DNA of 64,000 nucleotides from Patescibacteria group bacterium (lineage in GTDB: Bacteria > Patescibacteriota > UBA1384 > JBAYJO01), in the NCBI GenBank assembly GCA_041665085.1, contig JBAYJO010000004.1, forward strand, positions 20,004 to 84,003. Direction: 5' to 3'. The notes beneath the pieces are model-generated. The model worked only from the letters and a program-made list of their open reading frames with translations. It was not told the DNA's origin and ran no database searches. This document shows, piece by piece, positions 10,985-22,220 of this stretch (its first letter is position 1; each line of letters begins with the position of its first letter). The position numbers and the translations under genes were made by a program.

Positions 10985-13057
10985 ATGGCGAGGGACGCTA
11001 AACTAGAAGATACAAGAAATATTGGAATTATTGCACACATTGATGCAGGTAAAACAACAGTTACTGAAGGAGTTTTGTATATTACCGGACGAGCTCATAA
11101 AATTGGTACTGTACATGAAGGTACAGCAACAATGGACTGGATGGAACAAGAGCGAGAACGAGGCATTACAATCACTTCTGCTGCAACTACCTGTTTTTGG
11201 AAAGGTAAGAGAATCAATATTATTGATACCCCCGGTCATGTCGACTTTACTGTTGAAGTAGAAAGATCACTTCGCGTGCTAGATGGAGCTGCTGTGATTT
11301 TTGATGGAAAAATGGGTGTTGAACCTCAATCAGAAACTGTATGGCATCAAGCTGACAAATATAATGTTCCACGAATTTGTTTTATTAATAAAATTAATCA
11401 AACTGGTGGCGATTTTTTCAAATCCCTAGAATCAATTCGAGAAAGATTAAATCCAAATGCATATCCGGTTCAAATTCCAATTGGTTTTGAAAAAGATATC
11501 AATGGTGTAGTTGATTTGGTAAAAATGAAATCTTACACATATAAAGATTTTACAGATAAAGAAGTTGTTGAAGGCGAAATACCTGCTGATATGGTTGAAA
11601 AATCACAAAAGTGGCGTGAGGAATTACTTGAAAAAGTAGTTGAATCAGATGACGCTTTAATGGAAAAATATTTAAGCGGCGAAGAAATTACAAATGAAGA
11701 ATTTACTCGAGCAATTAGAAAAAGTACATTGCAAGGTAATTTTTTTCCAATTTTAGGTGGAGACGGTCGAGGTGTAATTGTTGAAATGCTACTTGACGCC
11801 ATTAACGAATATCTCCCATCTCCTTTAGATGTTCCGGCTTTAATTGCGAAAATGGAAAAAACCGAAGAAGAAGTTGAACTAAAAGTTAGCGATTCGGAGC
11901 CATTTGTAGGCTTAGCATTTAAAATTGCTGCAGATCCATTTGTTGGAAAACTATGTTTTTTCAGAATTTATACCGGAACTTTAAAATCAGGTAGTTATAT
12001 TTACAACTCTACAAAAGGATCCAAAGAAAGAATTGGACGAATTGTCAGACTTCATGCAAATCACAGGGAAGATGTTGATGAAGTTTATGCCGGTGAAATT
12101 GCTGCTGCTGTTGGTCTTAAAAATACCGATACAGGAGATACTTTAACTGCTGAATCAAGACCTGTAATTTTAGAATCAATTATTTTCCCAGAACCAGTTA
12201 TTCAAATTGCTATTGAACCAAAAACTAAAGCAGACCAAGAAAAAATGGGCATTGCTCTTAAAAGATTGGCTGAAGAAGACCCAACTTTTAAAGTTTCAAC
12301 AGATCCGGATTCGGGTCAAACTTTAATTGCAGGTATGGGCGAGCTTCATTTGGAAATTCTAGTTGATAGAATGAAAAGAGAATTTTCAGTTGAAGCAAAT
12401 GTTGGTAATCCTCAAGTTGCATACAAAGAAACAGTTAAAAAATCTACTAAAGCTGAAGGAAAATATATTAGACAATCGGGTGGACGCGGTCAATATGGTC
12501 ATGTTTATATTGAAATTGAACCTAAAGAACGTGGTGAAGGCTTTGAATTTGTTAATAATATTGTTGGTGGATCGATTCCTAGAGAATATGTTCCAGCAGC
12601 AGAAAAAGGTATTAAAGAAGCTTTAACCAAAGGTGTTATTGCCGGATATCCAATTGTTGATCTTAAAGTTAGATTATATGATGGTACATACCACGATGTT
12701 GACTCTTCAGAGATGGCTTTCCAGATTGCCGGTGCAATGGCAGTTCAGGAAGGTGTTAAAAATGCCGATCCAATCTTACTTGAACCGATTATGAAAGTTG
12801 AAGTTGTAACTCCGGAAGAATTTATGGGTGATGTTGTTGGCGATTTAAGTAGCAAGCGTGGTAAGATCGAAAAAATGGAAGATCGTACAAATATTAAGGT
12901 AATTTCAGCTCAAGTTCCACTTTCACAGATGTTTGGTTATTCAACTACTGTCAGATCAATGACTCAAGGACGCGCCTCTTACAGTATGGAATTTGACCAT
13001 TATGAAGAAGTTCCCTATAATGTGAGTGTAGAGATCATAAACGGACGAAAAAAATGA
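10985..13057 (+). CDS. fusA: Elongation factor G
   Basis: [40 protein letters not shown]; G4 reads NKIN. Confidence 0.99.
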   Translation: MARDAKLEDTRNIGIIAHIDAGKTTVTEGVLYITGRAHKIGTVHEGTATMDWMEQERERGITITSAATTCFWKGKRINIIDTPGHVDFTVEVERSLRVLDGAAVIFDGKMGVEPQSETVWHQADKYNVPRICFINKINQTGGDFFKSLESIRERLNPNAYPVQIPIGFEKDINGVVDLVKMKSYTYKDFTDKEVVEGEIPADMVEKSQKWREELLEKVVESDDALMEKYLSGEEITNEEFTRAIRKSTLQGNFFPILGGDGRGVIVEMLLDAINEYLPSPLDVPALIAKMEKTEEEVELKVSDSEPFVGLAFKIAADPFVGKLCFFRIYTGTLKSGSYIYNSTKGSKERIGRIVRLHANHREDVDEVYAGEIAAAVGLKNTDTGDTLTAESRPVILESIIFPEPVIQIAIEPKTKADQEKMGIALKRLAEEDPTFKVSTDPDSGQTLIAGMGELHLEILVDRMKREFSVEANVGNPQVAYKETVKKSTKAEGKYIRQSGGRGQYGHVYIEIEPKERGEGFEFVNNIVGGSIPREYVPAAEKGIKEALTKGVIAGYPIVDLKVRLYDGTYHDVDSSEMAFQIAGAMAVQEGVKNADPILLEPIMKVEVVTPEEFMGDVVGDLSSKRGKIEKMEDRTNIKVISAQVPLSQMFGYSTTVRSMTQGRASYSMEFDHYEEVPYNVSVEIINGRKK

Positions 13058-13085
13058 GCCTCTATAAGCTGTTAATAGAAGCGAA

Positions 13086-13157
13086 ATCCTCCGAAGTGAA
13101 ATCTATTTGCAGATTTCTGCAACCAGAATACTGTAAGAGATTGAACGAAGTGAGGAT
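13086..13157. repeat. Nested palindromic intergenic element between fusA and tuf
   Basis: ATCCTC-CGAAG...CGAAG-TGAGGAT enclosing the inner stem GAAATCT/AGATTTC. Confidence 0.45.
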
Positions 13158-13174
13158 AGCATCATCAAAATAAC

Positions 13175-13203
13175 TTGACGATTTTTTGGTTATAAGATAT
13201 AAT
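13175..13203 (+). promoter_or_regulatory. Sigma70 promoter for tuf
   Basis: TTGACG-17nt-TATAAT. Confidence 0.8.
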
Positions 13204-13262
13204 AATCAGGAATTCATTAAAAATTATCTAATATTTAGAAAAGTAATTAAGAAGGAGATTCA

Positions 13263-14444
13263 ATGGCAGAAACATATGAGCGAACTAAATCACACATAAA
13301 TGTAGGTACTATTGGTCATGTTGACCATGGAAAAACTACCTTAACCTCAGCTATTACAACATATTTAGCAAAAAAGGGTTTTGCTAAAGCTATGAATGTT
13401 GATCAGATCGACATGGCTCCAGAAGAAAAACAAAGAGGAATTACCATTTCAACTTATCATGTTGAGTATGAAACTGAAAAAAGGCACTATGCTCATGTAG
13501 ATTGCCCAGGACACGCTGACTACATTAAAAATATGATTACCGGTGCTGCTCAAATGGATGCTGCTGTTTTGGTTGTTTCAGCTACCGATGGTCCAATGCC
13601 TCAAACCCGAGAACACATTCTTTTAGCTTACCAAATTGGTGTTCCTACAATCATTGTTTATATGAATAAAACCGATCAAGTTAGCGACCCAGAACTCTTA
13701 GACTTGGTTGAAATGGAAATTCGCGAACTTTTGACTAAATATAAATACCCAGGCGATTCTATTTCAATTGTTCGAGGTTCAGCTCTTAAAGCATTAGAAG
13801 GCGACGCTGAAGCTGAAAAATCAATTCAAGATTTACTAGATGCTATGGATAAAGATATTCCAGAGCCAGTTAGAGAAATTGATAAAGATTTCTTGATGCC
13901 CGTTGAAGATGTTTTCTCAATCAAAGGACGAGGAACAGTTGCAACTGGTAGAATTGAAAGAGGAGTTGTTAAAGTTGGAGATGATATTGAAATCGTCGGT
14001 ATTAAACCAACCAAAAAAGTTGTTGTTACCGGAGTTGAAATGTTTAGAAAACTTCTAAATCAAGGTCAAGCTGGTGATAATGTTGGAGCATTACTTCGAG
14101 GCGTTGAAAGAACTGATATCGAAAGAGGTCAAGTTCTTGCAAAACCAGGTTCAATTACTCCACATACTGATTTCGACGCTGAAGTTTATGTTCTTACCAA
14201 AGAAGAAGGCGGACGACATACACCATTTTTCAAAGGATATAAACCGCAGTTCTATATGAGAACAACAGATGTTACAGGCGAAGTTGAGCTTCCAGCTGAT
14301 ACAGAAATGGTTATGCCAGGAGACACAACTCAATTCAAAGTAAAACTTATTGTACCAATTGCCATGGAAGAAGGAATGCGATTTGCAATCCGTGAAGGTG
14401 GTAAAACAGTTGGCGCAGGAGTTGTAACAAAGATTAATAAATAA
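13263..14444 (+). CDS. tuf: Elongation factor Tu
   Basis: [37 protein letters not shown]. Confidence 0.99.
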   Translation: MAETYERTKSHINVGTIGHVDHGKTTLTSAITTYLAKKGFAKAMNVDQIDMAPEEKQRGITISTYHVEYETEKRHYAHVDCPGHADYIKNMITGAAQMDAAVLVVSATDGPMPQTREHILLAYQIGVPTIIVYMNKTDQVSDPELLDLVEMEIRELLTKYKYPGDSISIVRGSALKALEGDAEAEKSIQDLLDAMDKDIPEPVREIDKDFLMPVEDVFSIKGRGTVATGRIERGVVKVGDDIEIVGIKPTKKVVVTGVEMFRKLLNQGQAGDNVGALLRGVERTDIERGQVLAKPGSITPHTDFDAEVYVLTKEEGGRHTPFFKGYKPQFYMRTTDVTGEVELPADTEMVMPGDTTQFKVKLIVPIAMEEGMRFAIREGGKTVGAGVVTKINK

Positions 14445-14466
14445 AATTTCAAGGAGCAACCCGAAG

Positions 14467-14793
14467 GTGGCACAGACTAAGACAGTACCAAAACAACGCA
14501 TTAGAATCAGACTTAAGGCATATGATTCAAGGATTATCGACAAATCTGCTCGTAAGATTATTGAAACAATCGAACGATCAGGTGTAGTTGTGATAGGTCC
14601 AGTACCATTGCCAACTGAAAAACAAAAAGTTACTGTGCTTAAGTCGCCATTCAAATTCAAAGATGCTCGGGAACAGTTTGAGATGCGAATCCATAAAAGA
14701 TTGATAGATATTATGGATCCAACCTCAAAAACCATTGATTCGCTTATGTCGCTTGATATGCCAGCTGGTGTAGATATAGAAATCAAAGCCTAA
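14467..14793 (+). CDS. rpsJ: 30S ribosomal protein S10
   Basis: [30 protein letters not shown]; GTG start after SD AAGGAG. Confidence 0.98.
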   Translation: MAQTKTVPKQRIRIRLKAYDSRIIDKSARKIIETIERSGVVVIGPVPLPTEKQKVTVLKSPFKFKDAREQFEMRIHKRLIDIMDPTSKTIDSLMSLDMPAGVDIEIKA

Positions 14794-14796
14794 ACA

Positions 14797-14825
14797 TTGA
14801 CTTTATCCCTCATTTTAGGTAAAAT
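14797..14825 (+). promoter_or_regulatory. Sigma70 promoter upstream of rplC
   Basis: TTGACT-17nt-TAAAAT. Confidence 0.65.
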
Positions 14826-14871
14826 AAGTTAGGATAAAATTGAAAATTTTTACAAATTTTGTCTGGATAGT

Positions 14872-14889
14872 GTCCGCCATAGGCGGATA
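14872..14889. repeat. TCCGCC-N3-GGCGGA palindromic repeat (intergenic copy)
   Basis: GTCCGCCATAGGCGGATA; same core as the in-frame element in rplW. Confidence 0.6.
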
Positions 14890-14923
14890 ACTCTAGGCAA
14901 ATTTGTTTTGATATGAGACAAAA

Positions 14924-15499
14924 ATGAAATTATTACTTGGTAAAAAAATCGGAATGAGTCGAATATTCGACGAAAATGGCAAAGTAACACCAATTACTCT
15001 TATTAAAGTTGGTAAGTTAACAGTATCAAGTACAAGATCAGAAAATGAAAAAACTCGAGTCTTTGCCAGAACTAAAAAAGATTTATCTGAAATAAAAGAA
15101 AAATTAAGACCAACTGAAATGATTGAAAAATCATTTTTATCAGATAATTCAGAATATAAAAAAGGCGATTTACTCACCCTTAAAGATTTTGAAGACAGTA
15201 AAACAGTTGATATTAAAGCAGTTTCAAAAGGTAAGGGTTTTGCCGGAACAATTAAAAGACATCATTTCCATCGCGGTCCGGTTTCTCACGGTTCACACAA
15301 TGTCAGACAACCCGGCTCAATCGGAGCAATGTTTCCACAAAGAGTAGTAAAAGGTAGAAAAATGCCAGGACATCTTGGAAATGAAACTGTTACAATAAAA
15401 AGTCTGAAAATTGTTGAAATTGATGTTTCAAAAGAAATTATTGTTTTAAAAGGTTCAGTCCCAGGATCAAGAAATACAGTTGTTGAAATTAGAGGATAA
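14924..15499 (+). CDS. rplC: 50S ribosomal protein L3
   Basis: GKKIGMS, SKGKGFAGTIKRH, HGSHNVRQPGSIG. Confidence 0.97.
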   Translation: MKLLLGKKIGMSRIFDENGKVTPITLIKVGKLTVSSTRSENEKTRVFARTKKDLSEIKEKLRPTEMIEKSFLSDNSEYKKGDLLTLKDFEDSKTVDIKAVSKGKGFAGTIKRHHFHRGPVSHGSHNVRQPGSIGAMFPQRVVKGRKMPGHLGNETVTIKSLKIVEIDVSKEIIVLKGSVPGSRNTVVEIRG

Positions 15500-16273
15500 A
15501 TGAAAAAAATAAAACTATATAATTTAGAGGGAACTTCAACCGGAGAAATTACACTTCCAAAGTTTTTTGAAACAGAAGTAAATCCATCAATTATTCACGA
15601 AGTAGTAGTTGCTGAAAGAGCCAATCAAAGAGTTGCAATTGCTCATACTAAAACCAGAGGAAATGTTGCTGGCGGCGGGAAAAAACCTTGGAGACAAAAA
15701 GGTACAGGACGAGCAAGAGCAGGTTCAAGCAGAAGTCCTTTGTGGAGAAGTGGTGGAATTACCTTTGGTCCATTAAGTGATAGAAATTATGCTAAAAAAA
15801 TTAACAGAAAAGTCAAAAAATTAGCTTTAGCAATGGCTTATTCAGATAAAGTATCAAGCATGGCTGTTATCGATAAAATGTCATTTGAAAATATTAAAAC
15901 TAAAATTGCTTCAGCCTTGCTTTCAAAATTACCTTTTGAAAATGGAAAAGTATTAATTGCAGGCACAAAAAAAGATGAAAATTTTAAATTAGTATTTAGA
16001 AATATTGCCGGAATTCAAGTTGAAGAAGTAAATTCAGTTAGCGTTCTTGATTTGATGAAAAATAAAAATTTGATTATTTCACGAGATGCAATAAAAGAAC
16101 TTGAAATTAATTTTAAGCAAAAAATCAAAGAAGAAGCTGAAGAAACAGAAAAAACATCAGAAATTCAACCAGTTGATGAAAAAAAACCAGCATCATCAGT
16201 TAAAACAGAAGTTGAAGCTGAAAAAGTAATAGAATCCAAAGAAAAAGCAGTTAAAAAAACAATTAAGAAATAA
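15500..16273 (+). CDS. rplD: 50S ribosomal protein L4 with charged C-terminal tail
   Basis: GGGKKPWRQKGTGRARAGS. Confidence 0.97.
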   Translation: MKKIKLYNLEGTSTGEITLPKFFETEVNPSIIHEVVVAERANQRVAIAHTKTRGNVAGGGKKPWRQKGTGRARAGSSRSPLWRSGGITFGPLSDRNYAKKINRKVKKLALAMAYSDKVSSMAVIDKMSFENIKTKIASALLSKLPFENGKVLIAGTKKDENFKLVFRNIAGIQVEEVNSVSVLDLMKNKNLIISRDAIKELEINFKQKIKEEAEETEKTSEIQPVDEKKPASSVKTEVEAEKVIESKEKAVKKTIKK

Positions 16274-16275
16274 AA

Positions 16276-16722
16276 ATGCAGAAATTAGTTATTAAAAACC
16301 CAGTAATCACAGAAAAATCTATGCTTTTGGCAAAAAAAGCCATTTATACTTTTAAAGTTGAAACAAAAGTCAATAAAAATGAAATTAGCCAAGCGATTGA
16401 GCTTTTGTATAATGTAAAAGTTAAAGATGTAAATATTGTAAGTGTTAAAGGTAAAGTTAAAAGAGTTGGGAAAAAATTCGGCAAGAGAAGCGACACTAAA
16501 AAAGCTTATGTTATCCTGATGCCAGGAAATAAAATCAAAGAATTTGAAATAGAAGAAGACAAGAAAGAAGATAAGAAATCCGCCCATGGCGGATCCGCCT
16601 CTGGCGGAGAAAATAAATCAGAAAAAGCAGAAAAGAAATCAGTCAAAAATACATCTAGAAGTAATACTGGCGAAAAGAAATCAGAAAATGTAAATATTCA
16701 GGTTAGAGAAAAAGGTAAGTAA
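16276..16722 (+). CDS. rplW: 50S ribosomal protein L23 with C-terminal extension
   Basis: PVITEKS, KKAYVIL; operon position. Confidence 0.95.
   Translation: MQKLVIKNPVITEKSMLLAKKAIYTFKVETKVNKNEISQAIELLYNVKVKDVNIVSVKGKVKRVGKKFGKRSDTKKAYVILMPGNKIKEFEIEEDKKEDKKSAHGGSASGGENKSEKAEKKSVKNTSRSNTGEKKSENVNIQVREKGK
16578..16608. repeat. Tandem palindromic repeat inserted in frame in rplW (encodes SAHGGSASGG)
   Basis: ATCCGCCCATGGCGGATCCGCCTCTGGCGGA, a GC-rich patch in an A-rich tail. Confidence 0.75.
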
Positions 16723-16727
16723 TTAAA

Positions 16728-17570
16728 ATGAAAAAAGATCAAGATAAAATTGTTAAAAAAAAACCAAATACATCTGCCTTAAGACAGTTTTCAATTGTTA
16801 AATCATTTGGTTTGTCTAAAAATAATCCTGATAAAAAATTAATTAAAACTTTTAAAAAATCAGCTGGACGAGATAATCTGGGTCATATTTCAACAAGACA
16901 TAGAGGTGGCGGTGCAAAAAGAAAATATCGAGTAATCACTGATTTGGCAAAACATATTGATCAAGAAGCAACAGTTTTGACTTTAGAATACGATCCAAAT
17001 AGAACTGCTAGAATTACAAAAATCCAATTTGAAAATGGATCAAAAGCTTACATCGTAGCTCCTAAGGGTATAAAAGTAGGAGATAAAGTAGTTGCTTCAG
17101 CTAATGCTGACGAACGGGTTGGGAATAGGGTTATGCTTAAATCAATTAACACGGGAACACAGATATATGGTGTTGAATTAACTATTGGTAAAGGGCCACA
17201 GATTGCAAAAAGTGCAGGCAATTATGCTACATTAATGGCAAAAGAAAATGGCATGGCAACAGTTAAACTTCCATCAGGTGAAGTTAGATTAATCAAAGAA
17301 GAATGTTATGCTTCAATTGGTAGCGTTTCAAATGAATTACACTCACTGGTAAAAATCGGTAAAGCAGGACGAATTAGACACATGGGACGAAGACCGCAAG
17401 TTCGAGGTAAGGCCATGAACCCTGTTGATCACCCTCATGGAGGCGGTGAAGGTAATACTTCAGTTGGTCTTAAGCATCCAAAAACACCTTGGGGTAAACC
17501 GGCAATGGGTAAAATTACAAGAAAAAAGAATAAAGCCAGTAACAAATTTATTGTTAAGAGGAGAAAGTAG
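16728..17570 (+). CDS. rplB: 50S ribosomal protein L2
   Basis: EYDPNRTA, VRGKAMNPVDHPHGGGEG. Confidence 0.98.
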   Translation: MKKDQDKIVKKKPNTSALRQFSIVKSFGLSKNNPDKKLIKTFKKSAGRDNLGHISTRHRGGGAKRKYRVITDLAKHIDQEATVLTLEYDPNRTARITKIQFENGSKAYIVAPKGIKVGDKVVASANADERVGNRVMLKSINTGTQIYGVELTIGKGPQIAKSAGNYATLMAKENGMATVKLPSGEVRLIKEECYASIGSVSNELHSLVKIGKAGRIRHMGRRPQVRGKAMNPVDHPHGGGEGNTSVGLKHPKTPWGKPAMGKITRKKNKASNKFIVKRRK

Positions 17571-17573
17571 AAT

Positions 17574-17873
17574 ATGTCCCGATCACTTAAAAAAGGATTA
17601 TTTGTTGATCCAAAATTAATGATAAAAGTTGAAAAAGCCAAAGCTGCTGGTGGAAACCAGTCAATTAAGACATGGGCCAGATCTTCTACAATTTCTCCAG
17701 AGATGGTTGGTTTAACATTTTTAGTTCACAATGGCAAAGATTTTATTACTGTTATGGTAGTTGAGGATATGGTCGGACACAAATTAGGAGAATTTTCTCC
17801 TTCAAGAAAATTTAGAAAACATGGTGGTAAGATGCAAAGAGAAATAGAAACAAAGAAGAAAGCGGGAGCATAA
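17574..17873 (+). CDS. rpsS: 30S ribosomal protein S19
   Basis: [20 protein letters not shown]. Confidence 0.98.
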   Translation: MSRSLKKGLFVDPKLMIKVEKAKAAGGNQSIKTWARSSTISPEMVGLTFLVHNGKDFITVMVVEDMVGHKLGEFSPSRKFRKHGGKMQREIETKKKAGA

Positions 17874-17874
17874 A

Positions 17875-18303
17875 ATGCAAGCCAAAGCAGTAGCAAAATT
17901 TGTTAAAATATCACCAAGAAAAGCAAGGCTTGTTGTAGATTTGATCCGAAACAAAAAAGCAAACGATGCTGTAAATATTTTAAATTTCTCTGTTAAAGCT
18001 GCTGCAAAAACTGTTTCAGATGTGCTTAAAAATGCCATGACAATTGCTAAAGATAGAGAAATGAATCAGGATAAGCTTATTGTCAAAGAGGCTCTTTGTG
18101 ATGAAGGGCCAAGGCTTAAAAGAGGAATTGCCGCAGGTCGCGGTCATTACAGAAAAATTAACAAGCAAATGTGTCATATCACAATTGCAGTTGAAGAAGC
18201 CGAAAATAAAGAAGTAAAACCGGAGATTAAAAGTAAAAAATCTGAAAAAACGGAAACCAAAACAGTAAATACTGCAAAAGTATTGAAAAAAGAGAAAAAA
18301 TAA
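17875..18303 (+). CDS. rplV: 50S ribosomal protein L22 with K/E-rich tail
   Basis: ISPRKARLVVDLIR, DEGPRLKR, HITI. Confidence 0.96.
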   Translation: MQAKAVAKFVKISPRKARLVVDLIRNKKANDAVNILNFSVKAAAKTVSDVLKNAMTIAKDREMNQDKLIVKEALCDEGPRLKRGIAAGRGHYRKINKQMCHITIAVEEAENKEVKPEIKSKKSEKTETKTVNTAKVLKKEKK

Positions 18304-18349
18304 GTTAAAATAACTTGATGAGTAATAACGAAAGCATATAGGAAAAAAT

Positions 18350-18985
18350 ATGGGACAAAAGATAAATCCAATTAGTTTCAGATTGCAAAACCAAAACCTG
18401 TGGAGCAGCCGTTGGTTTTCTAAAAAAGATTATGGTACTTTTGTGATTGAAGATTACCAGATTCGTGAACTTATTGAAAAAAAATACTCGCCAAATGCCG
18501 GAATTGCTTCAATTAATATTGAAAGATTTAACAAAGAGTCAGTTATTATTATTAATACATCAAGACCAGGAATTCTGATCGGACGATCTGGAGCAGGTGT
18601 TGCTGAATTAAAAGATAAATTAGCGAAAAAATTTAATCGTATATTTAAAATTGAAATAAAAGAAGTAAAAAGACCAGAGCTAGTTGCAAAACTTGTTGCT
18701 GAAAATATTTCAACCCAGTTAATCAAAAGAATTAACTTCCGCCGAGCTGCTAAGCAAGCTGTTGAAAAAACAATGCAAGCAGGTGCTGTCGGAGTTAAAA
18801 TTGCAATTTCAGGCCGCTTAAACGGAGCTGAAATGGCCCGAACAGAAAAATTTTCCGATGGAAATGTTTCACTTTCAACTATTAAAACCAATATTGATTA
18901 TGCCTTAGTGCATTCTCATACAACAGTTGGAATGGTTGGAGTAAAGGTTTGGATAAACAAGGGAGAACAAAATGCTGATTCCTAA
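18350..18985 (+). CDS. rpsC: 30S ribosomal protein S3
   Basis: [35 protein letters not shown]. Confidence 0.98.
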   Translation: MGQKINPISFRLQNQNLWSSRWFSKKDYGTFVIEDYQIRELIEKKYSPNAGIASINIERFNKESVIIINTSRPGILIGRSGAGVAELKDKLAKKFNRIFKIEIKEVKRPELVAKLVAENISTQLIKRINFRRAAKQAVEKTMQAGAVGVKIAISGRLNGAEMARTEKFSDGNVSLSTIKTNIDYALVHSHTTVGMVGVKVWINKGEQNADS

Positions 18986-19382
18986 GAAACTGGTACACCG
19001 AAAAGTTTTCCGTGGCAACATGTCTGGCAAAGCCACTCGTGGTTTTGAGATTAATTTTGGTCAATATGCCATAAAAGCAAAAGAATGCGGATGGATTACT
19101 TCAAGGCAAATTGAAGCAGCTCGTAGAGCCATGACGCGTTACATCAAAAGAGGCGGTGAAGTTTGGATTAGAATATTTCCAGATAAACCAGTTACAAAAC
19201 AGCCAGCAGAAACAGGTATGGGTGGCGGAGCCGGTGCTCTTGACCATTATGTTGTTCCAGTTAAACCAGGTGTAATTATGTTTGAAATGGCAGGAGTAGC
19301 AACTGATGTGGCAAAAGAAGCAATGAGACTTGCACAACACAAATTACCAATAAAAACAGTTTTTGTGGTCAAGGAGCATTAA
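18972..19382 (+). CDS. rplP: 50S ribosomal protein L16
   Basis: [24 protein letters not shown]. Confidence 0.98.
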   Translation: MLIPKKLVHRKVFRGNMSGKATRGFEINFGQYAIKAKECGWITSRQIEAARRAMTRYIKRGGEVWIRIFPDKPVTKQPAETGMGGGAGALDHYVVPVKPGVIMFEMAGVATDVAKEAMRLAQHKLPIKTVFVVKEH

Positions 19383-19604
19383 ATGAAAAGAATAGAAATT
19401 TTGCGTGAATTAAAAGACATGACAGTTCCAAACTTAATGAAAGAATTAAGCAACTTAAATATTGAAATCACAAAAACTAGAAACGCAATTAGCTTTGGAA
19501 AAGAAAAAAATAGCAAGAAAATATTAAATTTAAGAAAACAAAAAGCAAGAATTTGGTCAGTAATTACAAGTAAAGTTTTGACCGGAGATGAAAATGGTAA
19601 ATAA
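19383..19604 (+). CDS. rpmC: 50S ribosomal protein L29
   Basis: Position rplP-X-rpsQ; ELK...LRKQKARI helical pattern. Confidence 0.85.
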   Translation: MKRIEILRELKDMTVPNLMKELSNLNIEITKTRNAISFGKEKNSKKILNLRKQKARIWSVITSKVLTGDENGK

Positions 19605-19866
19605 TAAAATTCAAGAAATTAATGAAAAAGTTCAAACTTCAGGAAAAATCCTAAAAGGTACTGTTGTAAGTACAAAAATGGATAAAACAATTATTGTTTC
19701 AGTAGAAACAAAAAAAGTTCATCCGCTTTACAAAAAACAATATCGAAGTACAAAGAGATTTTTTGCGCATAACGAAGATGAAACGATTCAAGCAGGAGAC
19801 AAAGTTACTATTCGCGAGTCAAAACCAATTTCAAAGAATAAAAGATGGATAGTTGTTAAAGGATAA
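19588..19866 (+). CDS. rpsQ: 30S ribosomal protein S17
   Basis: [29 protein letters not shown]. Confidence 0.97.
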   Translation: MKMVNNKIQEINEKVQTSGKILKGTVVSTKMDKTIIVSVETKKVHPLYKKQYRSTKRFFAHNEDETIQAGDKVTIRESKPISKNKRWIVVKG

Positions 19867-19868
19867 AA

Positions 19869-20237
19869 ATGATTCAACCAAATACAAGATTAAAAGTTGC
19901 AGATAACAGTGGTGCCAAAGAAATTATGGTAATTCGTGTTCTTGGCAAAGCAAGAGATAATTGCGCGCAATTGGGCGATATTGTAGTTGCCAGTGTTAAA
20001 AAAGCAATTCCTGGCGGAACCGCTAAAAAGAAGGAAGTTGTTAAAGCTGTTATTGTTAGACAGAAATTCCCATTCTTAAGAGCAGATGGATCAACTATCA
20101 GATTTGATGAAAATGCAGCTGTATTAATTGCTGCTGATCAGGGTCCAAGAGGAACCAGAATATTTGGTCCGGTTTGCAGAGAACTTCGAGATCGCGGTTA
20201 CAGTAAGATTATTTCATTAGCACCAGAGGTTTTGTAA
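19869..20237 (+). CDS. rplN: 50S ribosomal protein L14
   Basis: [25 protein letters not shown]. Confidence 0.99.
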   Translation: MIQPNTRLKVADNSGAKEIMVIRVLGKARDNCAQLGDIVVASVKKAIPGGTAKKKEVVKAVIVRQKFPFLRADGSTIRFDENAAVLIAADQGPRGTRIFGPVCRELRDRGYSKIISLAPEVL

Positions 20238-20245
20238 GGAGTTAT

Positions 20246-20566
20246 ATGGTTAAAAAAGGTGATTTAGTAAAAATTTTAGCAGGCAAAGACAAAAACAAAA
20301 CTGGAAAAATCGAGTCTGTTTTAACAAAAGAAAGCAAAGTAGTTGTTACTGGTCTTAATATGGTTAAAAAACATCTTAAGCCAAACAAATATCGAACCCA
20401 AGCCGGAATTATTGATCGAGCTATGCCTCTTGATATTAGTAATGTGATGTTAGTTTGCCCAAGTTGCAATAGACCGAGTAAGGTGTCAACCAAAAAAGTA
20501 GATTTGAATATAATCAGAATTTGCAAAAAATGTAATGAACAAATTGATCATAGCGAGAAGAAATAA
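20246..20566 (+). CDS. rplX: 50S ribosomal protein L24
   Basis: KKGDLVKILAGKDK KOW motif; CPSC..CKKC. Confidence 0.96.
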   Translation: MVKKGDLVKILAGKDKNKTGKIESVLTKESKVVVTGLNMVKKHLKPNKYRTQAGIIDRAMPLDISNVMLVCPSCNRPSKVSTKKVDLNIIRICKKCNEQIDHSEKK

Positions 20567-21066
20567 TGGAAAGTACAAAAGTTAAACAATTAAATAAATT
20601 AGCCCAAGCAAAGATTACCAAAGTAATTGTTAATGTTGGAATTGGAAAAATTGCAGGCGAGAAAAAAACCATTGCTCAACTTGAAAAAGATATTGCAACA
20701 ATTACCGGTCAAAAAGGAGTTCAAAGAGCTTCCAATAAATCAATTGCCGGTTTTAAACTGCGTGCTGGAATGATTGTCGGATATATGGTTACACTTCGAG
20801 GAAAAAGAATGAATGATTTCTTGACTCGATTGATCAATGTTGCTTTGCCAAGAATCAGAGATTTCAAAGGTTTATCAGTTAAATCTTTTGACAAACAAGG
20901 AAATTATAATATTGGAATTCGAGAACATGTAATTTTTCCGGAAATTAATTATGACGATATTGAAAAAAACTTCGGATTTAACATTACAATCTGTACTACT
21001 GCCAAATCAGTTGATGATGCAATTAGTTTATTAAAAGGGCTTGGAATGCCGTTTAAGGAGAATTAA
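20566..21066 (+). CDS. rplE: 50S ribosomal protein L5 (N-terminally short)
   Basis: [28 protein letters not shown]. Confidence 0.97.
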   Translation: MESTKVKQLNKLAQAKITKVIVNVGIGKIAGEKKTIAQLEKDIATITGQKGVQRASNKSIAGFKLRAGMIVGYMVTLRGKRMNDFLTRLINVALPRIRDFKGLSVKSFDKQGNYNIGIREHVIFPEINYDDIEKNFGFNITICTTAKSVDDAISLLKGLGMPFKEN

Positions 21067-21067
21067 T

Positions 21068-21253
21068 ATGGCCAGAAAAGCATTAGTAGTAAAAGCAGAA
21101 AAAAAACCAAAATATTCTTCCCGAATTGTTAGAAGATGTAAGATTTGTGGTAGAAGCCATGGCTATATGAGAAAATTTAATCTTTGCCGAATCTGTTTTA
21201 GAGATTTAGCAACAAAAGGTGATTTGCCCGGAATATGTAAATCATCTTGGTAA
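21068..21253 (+). CDS. rpsN: 30S ribosomal protein S14, zinc-binding type
   Basis: Start moved to MARKAL; RCKICGR..CRICFR..KSSW. Confidence 0.97.
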   Translation: MARKALVVKAEKKPKYSSRIVRRCKICGRSHGYMRKFNLCRICFRDLATKGDLPGICKSSW

Positions 21254-21286
21254 AATCCTTAGATAATCGAAGGATAGGAGAAAACA

Positions 21287-21670
21287 ATGTCTGACCCTAT
21301 AAGCAACATGTTAATCACATTAAAAAATGCGGCCCTAGTCGATAAGGAATTTGTGTTGATTCCATTTTCAAACCTCAAGATGGCTATATTAAAAATCTTA
21401 GCCAATAAGGGTTATGTTAAAAGTTTTGAGATTGATAAAAAAACAAAACAAATAAAAGTTGTCTTAAGATATTCTGAAAATATGAAATATTTTGAATATG
21501 TTAAAAGAATTTCCAAACCAGGACAACGCATTTATATCAAATCAAGTGCCATTCCGTATCCTAAAACTCATTTTGGAATTATTATTATTTCAACTCCAAA
21601 GGGTATGATGACTGGCTATGAAGCTAAAAAACTTGGTCTTGGTGGTGAATTAATTTGTGAGGTTGCATAA
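21287..21670 (+). CDS. rpsH: 30S ribosomal protein S8
   Basis: DPISNML, RISKPGQRIY, STPKG, GGELIC. Confidence 0.97.
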   Translation: MSDPISNMLITLKNAALVDKEFVLIPFSNLKMAILKILANKGYVKSFEIDKKTKQIKVVLRYSENMKYFEYVKRISKPGQRIYIKSSAIPYPKTHFGIIIISTPKGMMTGYEAKKLGLGGELICEVA

Positions 21671-22212
21671 TGAGCAGAATAGGAAGAAAAATTATTAATA
21701 TACCGGACGGTGTTACTGTAAATTTTAATGCTGATATTTTAAAGGCATCAGGAGTTCTTGGCGAATTATCCCTTGAGATTCCACAAAAAATTAAGTTAAC
21801 AATTGAAAATAATATTATTACTGTTGAAAGACACAACAATGATAAAATTTCCAAATCGCTTCATGGTACATTTAGACAGTTGATTGACAATATGATCATT
21901 GGAGTAAGCAAGGGGTTTGAAAAAACACTGGAATTAATCGGGGTAGGATATAGAGTTGCCATGGAAGGCAATGAAATTAATATGCATCTAGGTTTTTCTC
22001 ATCCGGTAAAAATCGAGATTCCAAGTGATGTGAAAGTAAAAGTTGAAAAAAATAAAATTACAATTTCAGGTACAGACAAACAAAGAGTGGGCCAATTTAC
22101 TGCAGAAATTCGCGCATTCAAAAAACCGGAGCCATATAAAGGCAAAGGTTTAAGATATTTAGGCGAAAAAATAAAACTTAAAGCAGGTAAAACTGCCAAA
22201 ACAAGTAAGTAA
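21670..22212 (+). CDS. rplF: 50S ribosomal protein L6
   Basis: MSRIGR, GVGYR, LGFSHP, PEPYKGKG. Confidence 0.98.
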   Translation: MSRIGRKIINIPDGVTVNFNADILKASGVLGELSLEIPQKIKLTIENNIITVERHNNDKISKSLHGTFRQLIDNMIIGVSKGFEKTLELIGVGYRVAMEGNEINMHLGFSHPVKIEIPSDVKVKVEKNKITISGTDKQRVGQFTAEIRAFKKPEPYKGKGLRYLGEKIKLKAGKTAKTSK

Positions 22213-22220
22213 GGAATAAG

